Source: Bacteroidales bacterium (GTDB taxonomy: Bacteria; Bacteroidota; Bacteroidia; Bacteroidales; GWA2-32-17). Taken from it: a stretch of 64,000 nucleotides of DNA. The notes under the pieces were generated by a model, which worked only from the letters and a program-made list of their open reading frames with translations, did not search any database and was not told the origin of the DNA. The position numbers were made by a program, and so were the translations under genes. Position 1 is the stretch's first letter. Each line of letters begins with the position of its first letter. This document shows, in pieces, positions 18,888-29,024 of this stretch. The stretch covers positions 6,777 through 70,776 of the forward strand of contig JABUFC010000004.1 in the NCBI GenBank assembly GCA_013314715.1, written 5' to 3'.

Positions 18888-20150
18888 ATGTTTGCTTTGA
18901 TTGATTGCAATAACTTTTATGTTTCGTGCGAACGAATTTTTCGTCCAGATTTAAACGGTAAACCCGTTGTGGTTTTGTCGAATAACGATGGATGTGTTAT
19001 TTCGCGGAGCAACGAAGCAAAGGCATTGGGGTTACCCATGGGGGCTCCTATTTTTGAATATCGCGAGATGTTCGAAAAATATAATATTCAGTATTTTTCG
19101 GCTAACTTTTCACTTTATGGCGATATTAGTAGAAGAATAATGACACTATTATCTGAGTTTTGCCCCGATATTGAAGTTTATAGCATAGACGAAGCATTTC
19201 TCGATTTCTCTAAAATGTTACAAATGGACGATTATAAGAAACTTGGAATAAAAATAAAGGATTATATTTATAGATGTACAGGAATACCGGTTAGTATTGG
19301 CTTTGCGTCAACCAAAGTGTTATCCAAAATAGCCAACAGGGTTGCTAAAAAATATCCAACACAAACGTTGGGTGTACATGTAATTGATAGCGATGAGAAA
19401 AAAATTAAAGCACTTAAATGGATTGATGTAGAAGATATTTGGGGTATCGGAAGGCAATATAGTAGAAAACTCAAAGCAATAAATGTTGTAAAAGGCTACG
19501 ACTTTATTCAAGTTCCCGATGGTTGGATTAAAAAAAACATGTCTGTCGTAGGTTTAAGATTAAAAAAAGAATTATTGGGTGAATCGTGCTTAAAACTAGA
19601 AGATATTAAAGATAAACAAAATATTTCTGTAAGCCGATCGTTTCAAAATGAATTATATAAAAAATCCGATTTGCAAGAACGAATCGCTGCTTTTGCTGCA
19701 AAATGTGCAGAAAAACTCCGGAAACAACATAGTGTTTGTGGTACAGTGCTTGTATATATACATAGCAATTTTTTTAAAAAAGAAAAACTACCTTTTTACC
19801 GACAAATATTCTTTAAGTTACCATTCAAAACAAATTCTAGTATCGAAATTGTAAAGTATTGTAAACTGGCTTTAGAAAAAATATATTCACCCGAATATGG
19901 CATAAAAAAAGCCGGAGTTGTTTTAAGTGATATAAGTCCCGATAAAGTAATAGACTTGAATTTGTTTGAGCAACGCAAAAAAGAACACGAACAACTTATG
20001 AAAACCATAGATCAATTAAACTTAAAAATGGGAGAATTTACTATTCATCTTGCATCGCACGAAAAATCTCTTAAATATAAAACATTACAGCAACATTTGT
20101 CACCACGTTATACCACACAATGGTCCGATATACTTAAAGTAAAAGTCTGA
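18888..20150 (+). CDS. umuC: Y-family DNA polymerase, UmuC-like
   Basis: [40 protein letters not shown] and SIDEAFLD motifs. The ATG at 18888 lies 1 nt after the umuD stop, and the track start at 18867 overlaps umuD. Confidence 0.85.
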   Translation: MFALIDCNNFYVSCERIFRPDLNGKPVVVLSNNDGCVISRSNEAKALGLPMGAPIFEYREMFEKYNIQYFSANFSLYGDISRRIMTLLSEFCPDIEVYSIDEAFLDFSKMLQMDDYKKLGIKIKDYIYRCTGIPVSIGFASTKVLSKIANRVAKKYPTQTLGVHVIDSDEKKIKALKWIDVEDIWGIGRQYSRKLKAINVVKGYDFIQVPDGWIKKNMSVVGLRLKKELLGESCLKLEDIKDKQNISVSRSFQNELYKKSDLQERIAAFAAKCAEKLRKQHSVCGTVLVYIHSNFFKKEKLPFYRQIFFKLPFKTNSSIEIVKYCKLALEKIYSPEYGIKKAGVVLSDISPDKVIDLNLFEQRKKEHEQLMKTIDQLNLKMGEFTIHLASHEKSLKYKTLQQHLSPRYTTQWSDILKVKV

Positions 20151-20229
20151 AAAAGAATGAATTATTAATAATGAAAAAAAAATTATCTATAAAGTCTATA
20201 AAGTATATAGATTATATATAAAAAATGTT

Positions 20230-20237
20230 TACTTTTG
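20230..20237 (+). promoter_or_regulatory. -7 box TACTTTTG immediately upstream of the DUF2061 gene
   Basis: Matches TAnnTTTG and ends 4 nt before the ATG at 20242. This implies a leaderless or near-leaderless transcript, or a downstream true start. Confidence 0.4.
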
Positions 20238-20241
20238 CAAC

Positions 20242-20679
20242 ATGATTTATGATAGTCCGATAAGAAGCCTTGTAAAGGGAATTAGTTGGCGATTATTTGC
20301 TAGTATTGATACTTTTATTTTAGCATTCATTCTTACGAGTAATGTTTTAATAGCTGCTCCTATTGCGTTTTCTGAAATATTGACAAAGTTATTTTTATAT
20401 TTTTTACATGAACGTATATGGAATGTAACTTCGTGGGGACGAAAAGACGATAAACCCACTCCCATTCGAAGTTTGGTTAAAAGTATAAGTTGGCGAATAT
20501 GGGGAACAATAGATACCACCTTGTTGAGTTTTTTTATTTCGGGTAATATGCATTTTGCATTGACAATTGGTATTTTTGAGGTATTTACCAAAATTTTATT
20601 TTTCTTTGTACACGAAAGAATTTGGGCACAAATAAAATGGGGCCGAAACGTTTTAAATACAACCAATAGTAAATATTAA
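20242..20679 (+). CDS. membrane protein with two tandem DUF2061 domains
   Basis: 145 aa. An internal duplication is visible: PIRSLVKGISWRLFASIDTFILAFIL...HERIWNVTSWGRK and PIRSLVKSISWRIWGTIDTTLLSFFI...HERIWAQIKWGRN. Confidence 0.6.
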   Translation: MIYDSPIRSLVKGISWRLFASIDTFILAFILTSNVLIAAPIAFSEILTKLFLYFLHERIWNVTSWGRKDDKPTPIRSLVKSISWRIWGTIDTTLLSFFISGNMHFALTIGIFEVFTKILFFFVHERIWAQIKWGRNVLNTTNSKY

Positions 20680-20703
20680 CCTGCAAGCTTATAAATACCA
20701 AAT

Positions 20704-21300
20704 ATGACAAATAATATAGTGCCAATATTCGATAAAATGCTTAATCGTGAACAGAAACAATTTCTTTTACATCAAAAATCTCTTTGTATATGGTTTACAG
20801 GGCTGTCGGGCAGTGGTAAATCTACACTTGCATTGGCTTTAGAAAATTTCTTATTTAAACAGGGCTATAAAACAGCTTTACTCGATGGAGATAATGTACG
20901 ACATGGCATAAACAACGATTTAGGATTTTCTGAAAAAGATAGAATCGAAAACATTCGCCGAATAGCTGAGATTAATAAGTTGTTTATTCAAAATGGAATT
21001 ATTACTATTAACACTTTTGTAAGTCCCACCAATACTATACGACGTATGGCAAAAGAAATTATTGGGTCTAACGATTTTTATTTGATATATACTAAAGCAA
21101 GCATAGAAACATGCGAAAATCGCGATGTTAAAGGTCTATATCAAAAAGCTCGTCAAGGCGAGATTCAAAACTTTACAGGTATTTCAAGCGTTTTTGAGGA
21201 ACCTATAGATGCCAGTTTAGTTGTGGATACCGATAGTCAAACTGAATTAGAATGTTTGAATACAATAATTGAACATATTTTACCAAAAATTAAATTGTAA
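20704..21300 (+). CDS. cysC: adenylyl-sulfate (APS) kinase
   Basis: 198 aa with Walker A WFTGLSGSGKSTLA, followed by LDGDNVRHG. Confidence 0.9.
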   Translation: MTNNIVPIFDKMLNREQKQFLLHQKSLCIWFTGLSGSGKSTLALALENFLFKQGYKTALLDGDNVRHGINNDLGFSEKDRIENIRRIAEINKLFIQNGIITINTFVSPTNTIRRMAKEIIGSNDFYLIYTKASIETCENRDVKGLYQKARQGEIQNFTGISSVFEEPIDASLVVDTDSQTELECLNTIIEHILPKIKL

Positions 21301-21306
21301 TTACTT

Positions 21307-22212
21307 ATGATATATCAGCGAATGACTCATTTGCGTGAATTAGAAAACGAAGCTATTTATGTTATACGTGAGGCAGCTGCACAGTTTGAACGACCTGCAA
21401 TGCTTTTTTCGGGAGGTAAGGACAGCATTGTTATGTTTCATCTTGCTCGAAAGGCATTTTGGCCGTCAAAAGTTCCTTTCCCTTTATTACATATCGATAC
21501 AGGGCATAATTTTATCGAAACTCTTGAGTTTAGAGACGAATTGATGAAAAAAACAGGAGCAACCTGTATTGTTCGTTATGTTCAAGATACCATAGACCAA
21601 GGAAAAGTTATAGAAGAAAAAGGCTATAATGCAAGTCGAAATGTTTTGCAAACAGTAACATTGCTCGATGCTATTGAAGAATTTAAATTCGACTGTGCTT
21701 TTGGTGGTGGACGTCGAGACGAAGAAAAAGCACGTGCTAAAGAACGCTTTTTTTCACATCGCGATGAATTTGGGCAATGGGATCCAAAAAACCAACGTCC
21801 CGAACTTTGGAATATTTTTAACGGCAAGAAAAAAATGGGCGAACATTTTCGTGTATTCCCACTTAGTAATTGGACAGAACTCGATGTTTGGCTTTATATT
21901 TTATTGGAAAAAATTGAAATACCATCTATTTATTTTTCTCATGAACGCGAAGTATTTAATCGCGATGGCGTATGGCTAGCAACGGCTCCTTTTATGTTGA
22001 TGAAACCAAACGAAAAAGCCGAAATAAAACGGGTGCGTTGTCGCACTATTGGCGACATAACATGTACGGGACTTGTTTTATCCGAAGCCAATACGGTTGA
22101 AGATATTGTGGCAGAAATAGCAGCTACACGCGTTACCGAACGTGGGGGACGTTATGACGATAGACGAAGCGATACGGCTATGGAAGATCGTAAAAAAGAA
22201 GGATATTTCTAA
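21307..22212 (+). CDS. cysD: sulfate adenylyltransferase subunit 2
   Basis: 301 aa with PP-loop LFSGGKDSIVM and conserved C-terminal RGGRYDDRRSDTAMEDRKKEGYF. Confidence 0.9.
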   Translation: MIYQRMTHLRELENEAIYVIREAAAQFERPAMLFSGGKDSIVMFHLARKAFWPSKVPFPLLHIDTGHNFIETLEFRDELMKKTGATCIVRYVQDTIDQGKVIEEKGYNASRNVLQTVTLLDAIEEFKFDCAFGGGRRDEEKARAKERFFSHRDEFGQWDPKNQRPELWNIFNGKKKMGEHFRVFPLSNWTELDVWLYILLEKIEIPSIYFSHEREVFNRDGVWLATAPFMLMKPNEKAEIKRVRCRTIGDITCTGLVLSEANTVEDIVAEIAATRVTERGGRYDDRRSDTAMEDRKKEGYF

Positions 22213-22267
22213 TTTTTATATGAAAAAATCGATAAATAAACTATAAACTAAATATAGCAAACAAAAT

Positions 22268-23539
22268 ATGAACGAACTCGTAAACGGATATTTAAATATG
22301 GAGTTGCTTCGCTTTACTACAGCAGGAAGTGTTGACGATGGTAAGAGCACGCTTATTGGACGATTGTTATACGACAGTAAAGCAATATTCGAAGATCAGT
22401 TAAAGGCATTAGAAAAAGCAAGTTTATTAAAAGGAGAAGAAAGCATAAATTTAGCATTACTAACGGATGGCTTAAAAGCCGAACGCGAACAAGGTATTAC
22501 TATCGATGTTGCTTATCGTTATTTTGCCACACCAAAACGAAAATTTATTATTGCCGATACACCAGGACATATTCAATATACACGCAACATGGTAACGGGA
22601 GCATCTACAGCAAATTTAGCCTTAATTTTAGTGGATGCTCGCAATGGTGTTGTTGAGCAAACTATACGACATGCATTTATCGCTAGTTTATTGCAGATAC
22701 CGCATATAGTGGTGTGTATTAATAAAATGGACTTGGTGGGATATAGCGAACAACGCTATCAGGAGATTACACAACAATTTTTACAAATGGCAACTAAACT
22801 CGATGTTAAAGATATTCGTTTTATTCCCATTAGTGCTTTAAAAGGTGATAATATTGTAAACAGAAGTAAGGCAATGAACTGGTACGAAGGTCCAACATTA
22901 ATGTGGTTGTTAGAAACGATTTACATAAGTAGCGATACAAATTACATCGATGCTCGTTTCCCAGTACAGTACATTATACGCCCTCAATCAGAACAATTTC
23001 ATGATTATCGTGGTTATGCCGGACGCGTAGCAAGTGGAATTTTTCGTAAAGGAGACAAAGTGAAAGTATTGCCAGGTGGTTTTAGCTCAGAGATTCAAAG
23101 TATTGATACATTCGAACAAAGCCACGACGTCGCTTACGCTATGCAATCGATAAGTATTACACTTAAAGATGATATAGATATTAGTCGTGGTGATATGATT
23201 GTAAAGGAAAATAATTTACCCAATGTCTCACAAGACATAGAAATGATGTTTTGTTGGTTTAACGAGCGTCCTATGCAAATGCGTGGTAAATATTTATTAC
23301 GTCATACTACAAACGAAGTAAAATGTATTGTGAACGATGTGCGATATAAAATAGATATGCACGATTTGCACCGTGTAGAAAATGATAAGTTAATTCAAAT
23401 GAACGATATTGGACGAGTTTCGTTGCGACTACAAAAACCTATTTTTTATGATTCATACAGAAAAAATAGAGTTACAGGAAGTGTTATTTTAATTGATGAA
23501 AATACTAACGAAACAGTTGCTGCAGGGATGATTATTTAA
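22268..23539 (+). CDS. cysN: sulfate adenylyltransferase subunit 1 (GTPase)
   Basis: 423 aa with GTPase motifs GSVDDGKST, DTPGH and NKMD. There is no fused APS kinase domain. Confidence 0.9.
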   Translation: MNELVNGYLNMELLRFTTAGSVDDGKSTLIGRLLYDSKAIFEDQLKALEKASLLKGEESINLALLTDGLKAEREQGITIDVAYRYFATPKRKFIIADTPGHIQYTRNMVTGASTANLALILVDARNGVVEQTIRHAFIASLLQIPHIVVCINKMDLVGYSEQRYQEITQQFLQMATKLDVKDIRFIPISALKGDNIVNRSKAMNWYEGPTLMWLLETIYISSDTNYIDARFPVQYIIRPQSEQFHDYRGYAGRVASGIFRKGDKVKVLPGGFSSEIQSIDTFEQSHDVAYAMQSISITLKDDIDISRGDMIVKENNLPNVSQDIEMMFCWFNERPMQMRGKYLLRHTTNEVKCIVNDVRYKIDMHDLHRVENDKLIQMNDIGRVSLRLQKPIFYDSYRKNRVTGSVILIDENTNETVAAGMII

Positions 23540-23618
23540 TAAAATAAAAGCAAATTTGTAATGATTTTCAATATTATATTTTTGAAAATAAAAAATCATA
23601 AATAGATATAATACCCTT

Positions 23619-24296
23619 TTATTCTACTTTATTTTTAAGTTTTATAATTTCATCAAGCTTGGCTTTTTCTGTATCGACTTCTTTTTGTTTTGATGCTTGG
23701 TCGTCGAGGTTTTTCTTAATGTCTTCTTCTGCTTTTTTTATTTTTTCTTTATAGTTTTCGATGTCTTTTTCGAGCTTTTCTTTATCTTTTTTTAAGTTTT
23801 CCATCTCTTTTGTACGTTTATCAAAAACTTTTTGTTGATCGTTTATTTTATTATCAATGCCTTCGAGCGTAGTTTGTTTGGCGAAATTTTTAACTATTTT
23901 TTCCATAGTGTTGAATTGAGCACTATGGTCGCTTGAATTCATAAAGGCTCCACCTAAATCTACGGCTACCAAAAATTCAATTTCATTTTCATTTTTAGGT
24001 ATGCATTTAGCATAAACATCAATCGTATTGTTTGAAATATCTTTAATAAGTACATTATCGGCAAAGATTTCTTTTTTAGAAGATATTTTACCGTCATATG
24101 ATTTCATTAGTTTTTCCCACGATTTTTCGATGGCATCGGTAGTGGTTTCATAAATGGCAACACTTAAACACGAGTGTGAGCCATTACCAATATTCTCTTT
24201 TGATTCACGAACTTTTATCGTGTGTTGAGCATAAGTAATTGTAATTAGAATCAAAGAACTGCAAATGATGGACATAAATTTTTTCATAATGATCAT
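23619..24296 (-). CDS. hypothetical secreted protein with C-terminal coiled coil
   Basis: 225 aa with a signal peptide (KKFMSIICSSLILITITYAQ). The C-terminal 80 aa are K/E-rich heptad-like sequence. Confidence 0.5.
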   Translation of the reverse strand: MIIMKKFMSIICSSLILITITYAQHTIKVRESKENIGNGSHSCLSVAIYETTTDAIEKSWEKLMKSYDGKISSKKEIFADNVLIKDISNNTIDVYAKCIPKNENEIEFLVAVDLGGAFMNSSDHSAQFNTMEKIVKNFAKQTTLEGIDNKINDQQKVFDKRTKEMENLKKDKEKLEKDIENYKEKIKKAEEDIKKNLDDQASKQKEVDTEKAKLDEIIKLKNKVE

Positions 24297-24301
24297 AATT
24301 T

Positions 24302-24877
24302 TTAATCGTTTTCATTAAATGTTTTGATAGCTCCCCCTGAAAGTATAAATTTCATAGCAATCGAAGAAGGAATATCTAAAGGGATTACATTTTCTGATGG
24401 TACAATATAGAGCTCACCTGAGAATGCGTATGAGTGAGGAAAATAAACACTTACATATTTTTTTTCAATGCCAAGTTCTGTTAAATCAGACTGAGTAATA
24501 AAGCCAATTTTGTTAATATCTGATTGAATGTTTATTTTAACTAAAACCGGACGATTAAATTTTCTTTCTTTTCCGACAATCGCAGCAAAAAATTCTTTAA
24601 GAGGATTGTATAAGTCGCGAATAACGGGCATGTGCGAAATAATGTTATTAAAAAATGAAATAATTGGTTGAGCTAGAAAAGAATTGGCTAAAAATCCTAA
24701 AAATGTTAGTCCAACTAACATAATTATGATGCCTATACCTGGAAAAGAAAAATGAAAAAAATCGAGAAAAATGTTATCAATAAATATAACAATTTTGTAT
24801 ATAATAAAAGTAGTTACAAAAATTGGAGCAATGTAAAATAATCCTTGTAAAAAGTATCCAGTTAATTTATTCCACAT
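24302..24877 (-). CDS. DUF502 family membrane protein
   Basis: 191 aa with two N-terminal TM helices followed by a conserved soluble domain (PVIRDLYNPLKEF...). The family assignment is from memory. Confidence 0.55.
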   Translation of the reverse strand: MWNKLTGYFLQGLFYIAPIFVTTFIIYKIVIFIDNIFLDFFHFSFPGIGIIIMLVGLTFLGFLANSFLAQPIISFFNNIISHMPVIRDLYNPLKEFFAAIVGKERKFNRPVLVKINIQSDINKIGFITQSDLTELGIEKKYVSVYFPHSYAFSGELYIVPSENVIPLDIPSSIAMKFILSGGAIKTFNEND

Positions 24878-25215
24878 AGCTCTTGATATTTTTTAGGTAA
24901 AGACTTTACTACTAATCGATACGAATTCAATATCATTTCACAAATAAAATGATCATTTAAATGACAATCTAAATAAACGGTATTCCAATGTTTTTTATTC
25001 ATGTGATAACCCGGAATAATCGCATCATAAGTGAATCTATATTTTTCAGCTAATTCAGGATCGCATTTTAAGTTAATGGTATTTCCTGAATTTAAATCTA
25101 ATATGGCAAATATTTTTCCAAATACTTTAAAAACAAGTGTTTCTTCGTCAAAAGGGAAGGTCTCTTCTGCAAAAGGTAATGATAAACAATATTGATATAC
25201 AGCTTCAATGTTCAT
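24862..25215 (-). CDS. MmcQ/YjbR family protein
   Basis: 117 aa. Y..SLP...E.FPFDE..LVFKV.GKIFA......N.I.LKCDPE pattern. Confidence 0.6.
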   Translation of the reverse strand: MNIEAVYQYCLSLPFAEETFPFDEETLVFKVFGKIFAILDLNSGNTINLKCDPELAEKYRFTYDAIIPGYHMNKKHWNTVYLDCHLNDHFICEMILNSYRLVVKSLPKKYQELCGIN

Positions 25216-25336
25216 AATAGTGATTTCAAAGATAATAAAAAATCTGCATTTTTTATTTTTGTAAAATAAAAATTATCTATATATTGCAAGCAATAATTTG
25301 AACGTAAAAATATATTAAAAACTTAATATTAATTAT

Positions 25337-28087
25337 ATGAAAAACAGGTGGTTAACTTTTTCTGCATGGATTTTAATGGTGTTCATTTTGAACACATCTA
25401 TAGATGCTCAAAGAAGCTTAAGCAATAATGCTATTTTTACAAAAAGCGATAAAACGAACATGGAATGGATAGAAATGGGACCTTCTAACCAAGGTGGTCG
25501 AACAAGAGCCATGTTAATAGATAAAGACAATCCAAATTTATTATATGCAGGGGCAATTGCAGGTGGATTATGGAAATCAACATTAGGTGGGAGTTCGTGG
25601 ACAAAAGTAGCCAACACTGATAATTTAGATAATATTGCTATTAGTTGCTTATATCAAAGTCCTAACGGTGATTTATATTTTGGCACCGGCGAATATTTTG
25701 GTCTTCCAAATAATTTAGGTTTACAAGGTAAAGGGATCTGGAAATCGACCGATAATGGTAGCACGTGGAATTATTTAAACTCTACTAATGATGAGGCATT
25801 TAAGTATGTTACCAAAATAACAGGAACAGCCAACAAACTTTATGTAGCAACATATAAAGGCTTACGTATTTCTACTGATGGTGGTCAAACATGGAGCAAT
25901 CCTATTCCCAATACTGATTCAAATTTTGATCAACCAGCAACCGATGTAGAAGTTTCAAGTGACGGTTCCTTAGTTGTTGCTTCTATAAACAATAAAGCTT
26001 ATGTATGCAATACTGGCGATGATAATTTTGTGTTAAAATCAGATGCTAATAATATTCCAACTGATGTAATTCGACTTGAGTTTGCTATTGCACCCACAAA
26101 TATTAATCATGTTTATTGTTTGGCTGTTAATAACGAAGGTAAACTTAAGAATATTTATGAGTCGGTTGATAAAGGTAATACATGGATGGCTATTTTAGAC
26201 AATGTAACTAGTCAATTTCAGCCTTTTGGTACATCAAAAAATCAACAAGGTAAATATCATTGTGCTTTAGCTGTTTCGCCTACAAATGATTCTATTATTT
26301 ACATAGGTGGAGTTGATTTATATCGTTATCATCCCAATACTTCTTTTGAGCAATTAACGGTATATGCACTTCCTACTTATAGTTCTTCTTATGTTCATCA
26401 AAATATTTTCGATATCAAATTTAGCCCCAATTACGCTACCGATAATACTATTTATGTGGCTACTGATGGTGGACTTTTTAAATCAACTACAAATGGAACC
26501 ACTTGGGCTGGAATTAATAAAAATTTAAATATTGGTTTCTTTAATAGTATGGGTTTATATCCTAATAATCAGGTTATTGGTGGTACTCAACACAATGGCT
26601 TTTTATATAACAATTTAATGGGAACTACTTCATACGATTTTCAAAAATTATTAAATGGTGTCTGTGGAAATATAGAAGTATCTAGCTTTAATCCAGAATG
26701 CATGATAGCAACTACTACTTATGGTACTTTATACAGAACTTCAGACGGAGGGACCGACATTACTAACACAGGTGTGTCAGACTCTATTTTAAGCCAGAAT
26801 CTTGGAACTTATAAAGAACCATTTTTAGCCCCATTGCGTGTATTCGAAAACTTTTATGATACCAATAGTGTTCAAATGCTCGAAATAATTGCCGGTAAAG
26901 ACCTACATATAGGCGATACGGTTTTTGCTACCAATGGATTTGGAAAAAATATTTATCATATTGTATCGGCAGCCGATTTAAATGGTAATACTGTTATACC
27001 TAAAGGAGATACTCTTTATACAAAAGATACTTATACTTCATTAGTTGCCCTTGGTTTAAATAATAGAGTTTGGATTTCGTGGGAAGCCTTGAACCCTTCA
27101 AAAATTCCACCTGCATGGTATCCTGCTACCTATAGTTCTAGTATTAAACGTGTTCAGACACTTGAATTTTCGAACGATGGTGATAATATTTACTTTGCTG
27201 ACTATGATAGTGCTACTGCAGTTAGTAAAGTTTATCGCTTATCTAATATTCAGGCAGCACGTACAAGAGCATTAGCAAATTGTTCACTTTCTACATGTGT
27301 TGTTACACGTCAATTATTGGGAACATTTAATGGAAAAGTAAGTGCTATTGCTGTTGATCCTCAAAACAAAAACAATCTTATTGTTGTTCTTTCTGATTAT
27401 AATACTAATCCTCATATTTATTATTCTACTGTAGCTGCTACTACAACCGACGACACAACCTCGCATAATTTTGTTGAAAAACAAGGCAATCTTGAAGCTA
27501 TGCCTGTTTATACTGCTATTATTTTATGGAACAACAGCCAACAGGTTATTTTAGGAACTGAAAAAGGTATATATGTTACTGAAGACATAACAGCAACTTC
27601 ACCTTCGTGGGTTGAACAGAATAATGGAATGGCAAAAGTTCCAGTAGCTCAACTACGTCAGCAATTGCATCGCAATGGATGGTTGCCTGTTAATGGTTTA
27701 TTGGGCAATGGTATCCAAACGGGTATCGAAAATCATGGAGTAATATATGCAGCAACTAAAGGACGTGGTATTTTCCGTTGCGAAACATTCAGAGGCCCTG
27801 TTAGTGTTCCCGAAAATACATATATTGAAAATAACTCCATATTAAATATTTATCCCAATCCTGCTGTTGAGTATGTAACGGTATCGTTTAACCAAAGTCA
27901 GAAATCAAATGTAGAAATAAATATTATGACTCTTAATGGACAAAATGTTTACACGAAGCAAGTTAAAAATGCCAATAAGGGTGAACAAAATATTGAATTG
28001 CCTATTGCTAGTTTAGCCTCTGGCGTATATATGGTAACCGTTAAAAATGCCGATGGTAAGTACATCGGAAAACTTATTAAGAAATAA
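25337..28087 (+). CDS. secreted BNR/Asp-box repeat protein (sortilin/xyloglucanase-like beta-propellers) with T9SS C-terminal domain
   Basis: 916 aa with a signal peptide. Asp-box motifs are STDNGSTW, STDGGQTW, SVDKGNTW, STTNGTTW and TSDGGTD. The C-terminus is LNIYPNPAVEYVTVSF...GVYMVTVKNADGKYIGKLIKK. Confidence 0.75.
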   Translation: MKNRWLTFSAWILMVFILNTSIDAQRSLSNNAIFTKSDKTNMEWIEMGPSNQGGRTRAMLIDKDNPNLLYAGAIAGGLWKSTLGGSSWTKVANTDNLDNIAISCLYQSPNGDLYFGTGEYFGLPNNLGLQGKGIWKSTDNGSTWNYLNSTNDEAFKYVTKITGTANKLYVATYKGLRISTDGGQTWSNPIPNTDSNFDQPATDVEVSSDGSLVVASINNKAYVCNTGDDNFVLKSDANNIPTDVIRLEFAIAPTNINHVYCLAVNNEGKLKNIYESVDKGNTWMAILDNVTSQFQPFGTSKNQQGKYHCALAVSPTNDSIIYIGGVDLYRYHPNTSFEQLTVYALPTYSSSYVHQNIFDIKFSPNYATDNTIYVATDGGLFKSTTNGTTWAGINKNLNIGFFNSMGLYPNNQVIGGTQHNGFLYNNLMGTTSYDFQKLLNGVCGNIEVSSFNPECMIATTTYGTLYRTSDGGTDITNTGVSDSILSQNLGTYKEPFLAPLRVFENFYDTNSVQMLEIIAGKDLHIGDTVFATNGFGKNIYHIVSAADLNGNTVIPKGDTLYTKDTYTSLVALGLNNRVWISWEALNPSKIPPAWYPATYSSSIKRVQTLEFSNDGDNIYFADYDSATAVSKVYRLSNIQAARTRALANCSLSTCVVTRQLLGTFNGKVSAIAVDPQNKNNLIVVLSDYNTNPHIYYSTVAATTTDDTTSHNFVEKQGNLEAMPVYTAIILWNNSQQVILGTEKGIYVTEDITATSPSWVEQNNGMAKVPVAQLRQQLHRNGWLPVNGLLGNGIQTGIENHGVIYAATKGRGIFRCETFRGPVSVPENTYIENNSILNIYPNPAVEYVTVSFNQSQKSNVEINIMTLNGQNVYTKQVKNANKGEQNIELPIASLASGVYMVTVKNADGKYIGKLIKK

Positions 28088-28110
28088 TTTTTAGGATATA
28101 AACCTTTTAA

Positions 28111-28152
28111 AAAAAAGAGGCTGTCTATTATTAGGTAGCCTCTTTTTATTTT
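28111..28152. terminator. bidirectional rho-independent terminator
   Basis: Stem AAGAGGCT (28115-28122) / AGCCTCTT (28137-28144). An A-run precedes it and TTTATTTT follows. It lies between convergent genes. Confidence 0.65.
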
Positions 28153-28201
28153 AAACGCTCACAAAAATTATTACTAATATTTTGAGATAAAATAATAATT
28201 G

Positions 28202-28999
28202 TTAAAGTTTTATATGGTTTTGTATGGCAATAAAATTAGGATTTTCTAAATTTTCTTTATTATATTTAATTTCTTGTAAAGTTTCTATATCGTATATATT
28301 GGCTTTAGCATATTTTAAAATGGCATGACCAGCAGCAGTGTCCCATTCCATAGTCCGTCCAAATCGAGGATAAAGGTGTGCGAGACCTTCGGCAACTTTA
28401 CACATCTTGATTGAGCTTCCGGCTACAATTGTTTCCATTTTAGGATGTTCAGTTTTTAAGGCCTCAATAAAGGCTTGAGTTTGTTCGTTTGCATGGCTTC
28501 GACTAATAGCTATTTTTAGAGGGTTTTTAGTTGTTGAAGTTGGTAATGATACAATCGACGTTTCGTCTATTTGATGATTGTGAACTTTTGCTTTATACGA
28601 ACCAAGTTCTTTTGTCGCAAAATATAGATCGCCGCTAACAGGGCTATATATAACTCCTATTATAGGCTCTTGATTTTCGATTAGTGCTATATTAACAGTA
28701 AATTCTCCATTTTTATTGATAAATTCTTTTGTCCCATCGAGTGGATCGACAATCCAACAGAAATTCCAATTTTTACGAGCATTGTAATCTTTGTTTTCAA
28801 GCTCTTCGCTAATAATAGGTAAGTTAGATTCTTTTAATATTTGAATAATGGTTGCTTGCGATTGTTGATCGGCTATGGTTACAGGTGAAGAGTCGGATTT
28901 TATAGTTATATCATAAGGATTTTGATAATACAATAAAATTGTTTTTCCTGCTTTGATCGCTGCTTTAATAGCAAGCATCAGGTTGTCGTTATAGTTCAT
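28202..28999 (-). CDS. cysQ: 3'(2'),5'-bisphosphate nucleotidase (PAP phosphatase)
   Basis: 265 aa of the inositol monophosphatase fold, with SEE, WIVDPLDGTKEF and WDTAAG motifs. Confidence 0.85.
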   Translation of the reverse strand: MNYNDNLMLAIKAAIKAGKTILLYYQNPYDITIKSDSSPVTIADQQSQATIIQILKESNLPIISEELENKDYNARKNWNFCWIVDPLDGTKEFINKNGEFTVNIALIENQEPIIGVIYSPVSGDLYFATKELGSYKAKVHNHQIDETSIVSLPTSTTKNPLKIAISRSHANEQTQAFIEALKTEHPKMETIVAGSSIKMCKVAEGLAHLYPRFGRTMEWDTAAGHAILKYAKANIYDIETLQEIKYNKENLENPNFIAIQNHIKL

Positions 29000-29024
29000 T
29001 AAAAGTTAGTAATTAAAAAAAAAG

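Noticed and set aside
20247-20666. 139-aa antisense ORF covering the DUF2061 gene, and similar embedded or antisense track ORFs (e.g. 8266..8640, 18496..18831, 46910..47128, 63602..63976, 44084..44353)
   Set aside because: Each lies entirely inside a longer ORF that has clear family motifs. Their translations are low-complexity or Phe/Leu/Ile-rich, as expected from AT-rich antisense frames.
23545-23600. AT-only inverted repeat (ATTTTCAA...TTGAAAAT) after cysN as a terminator
   Set aside because: The stem consists only of A/T pairs and has no clear downstream T-run. It is too weak to call.
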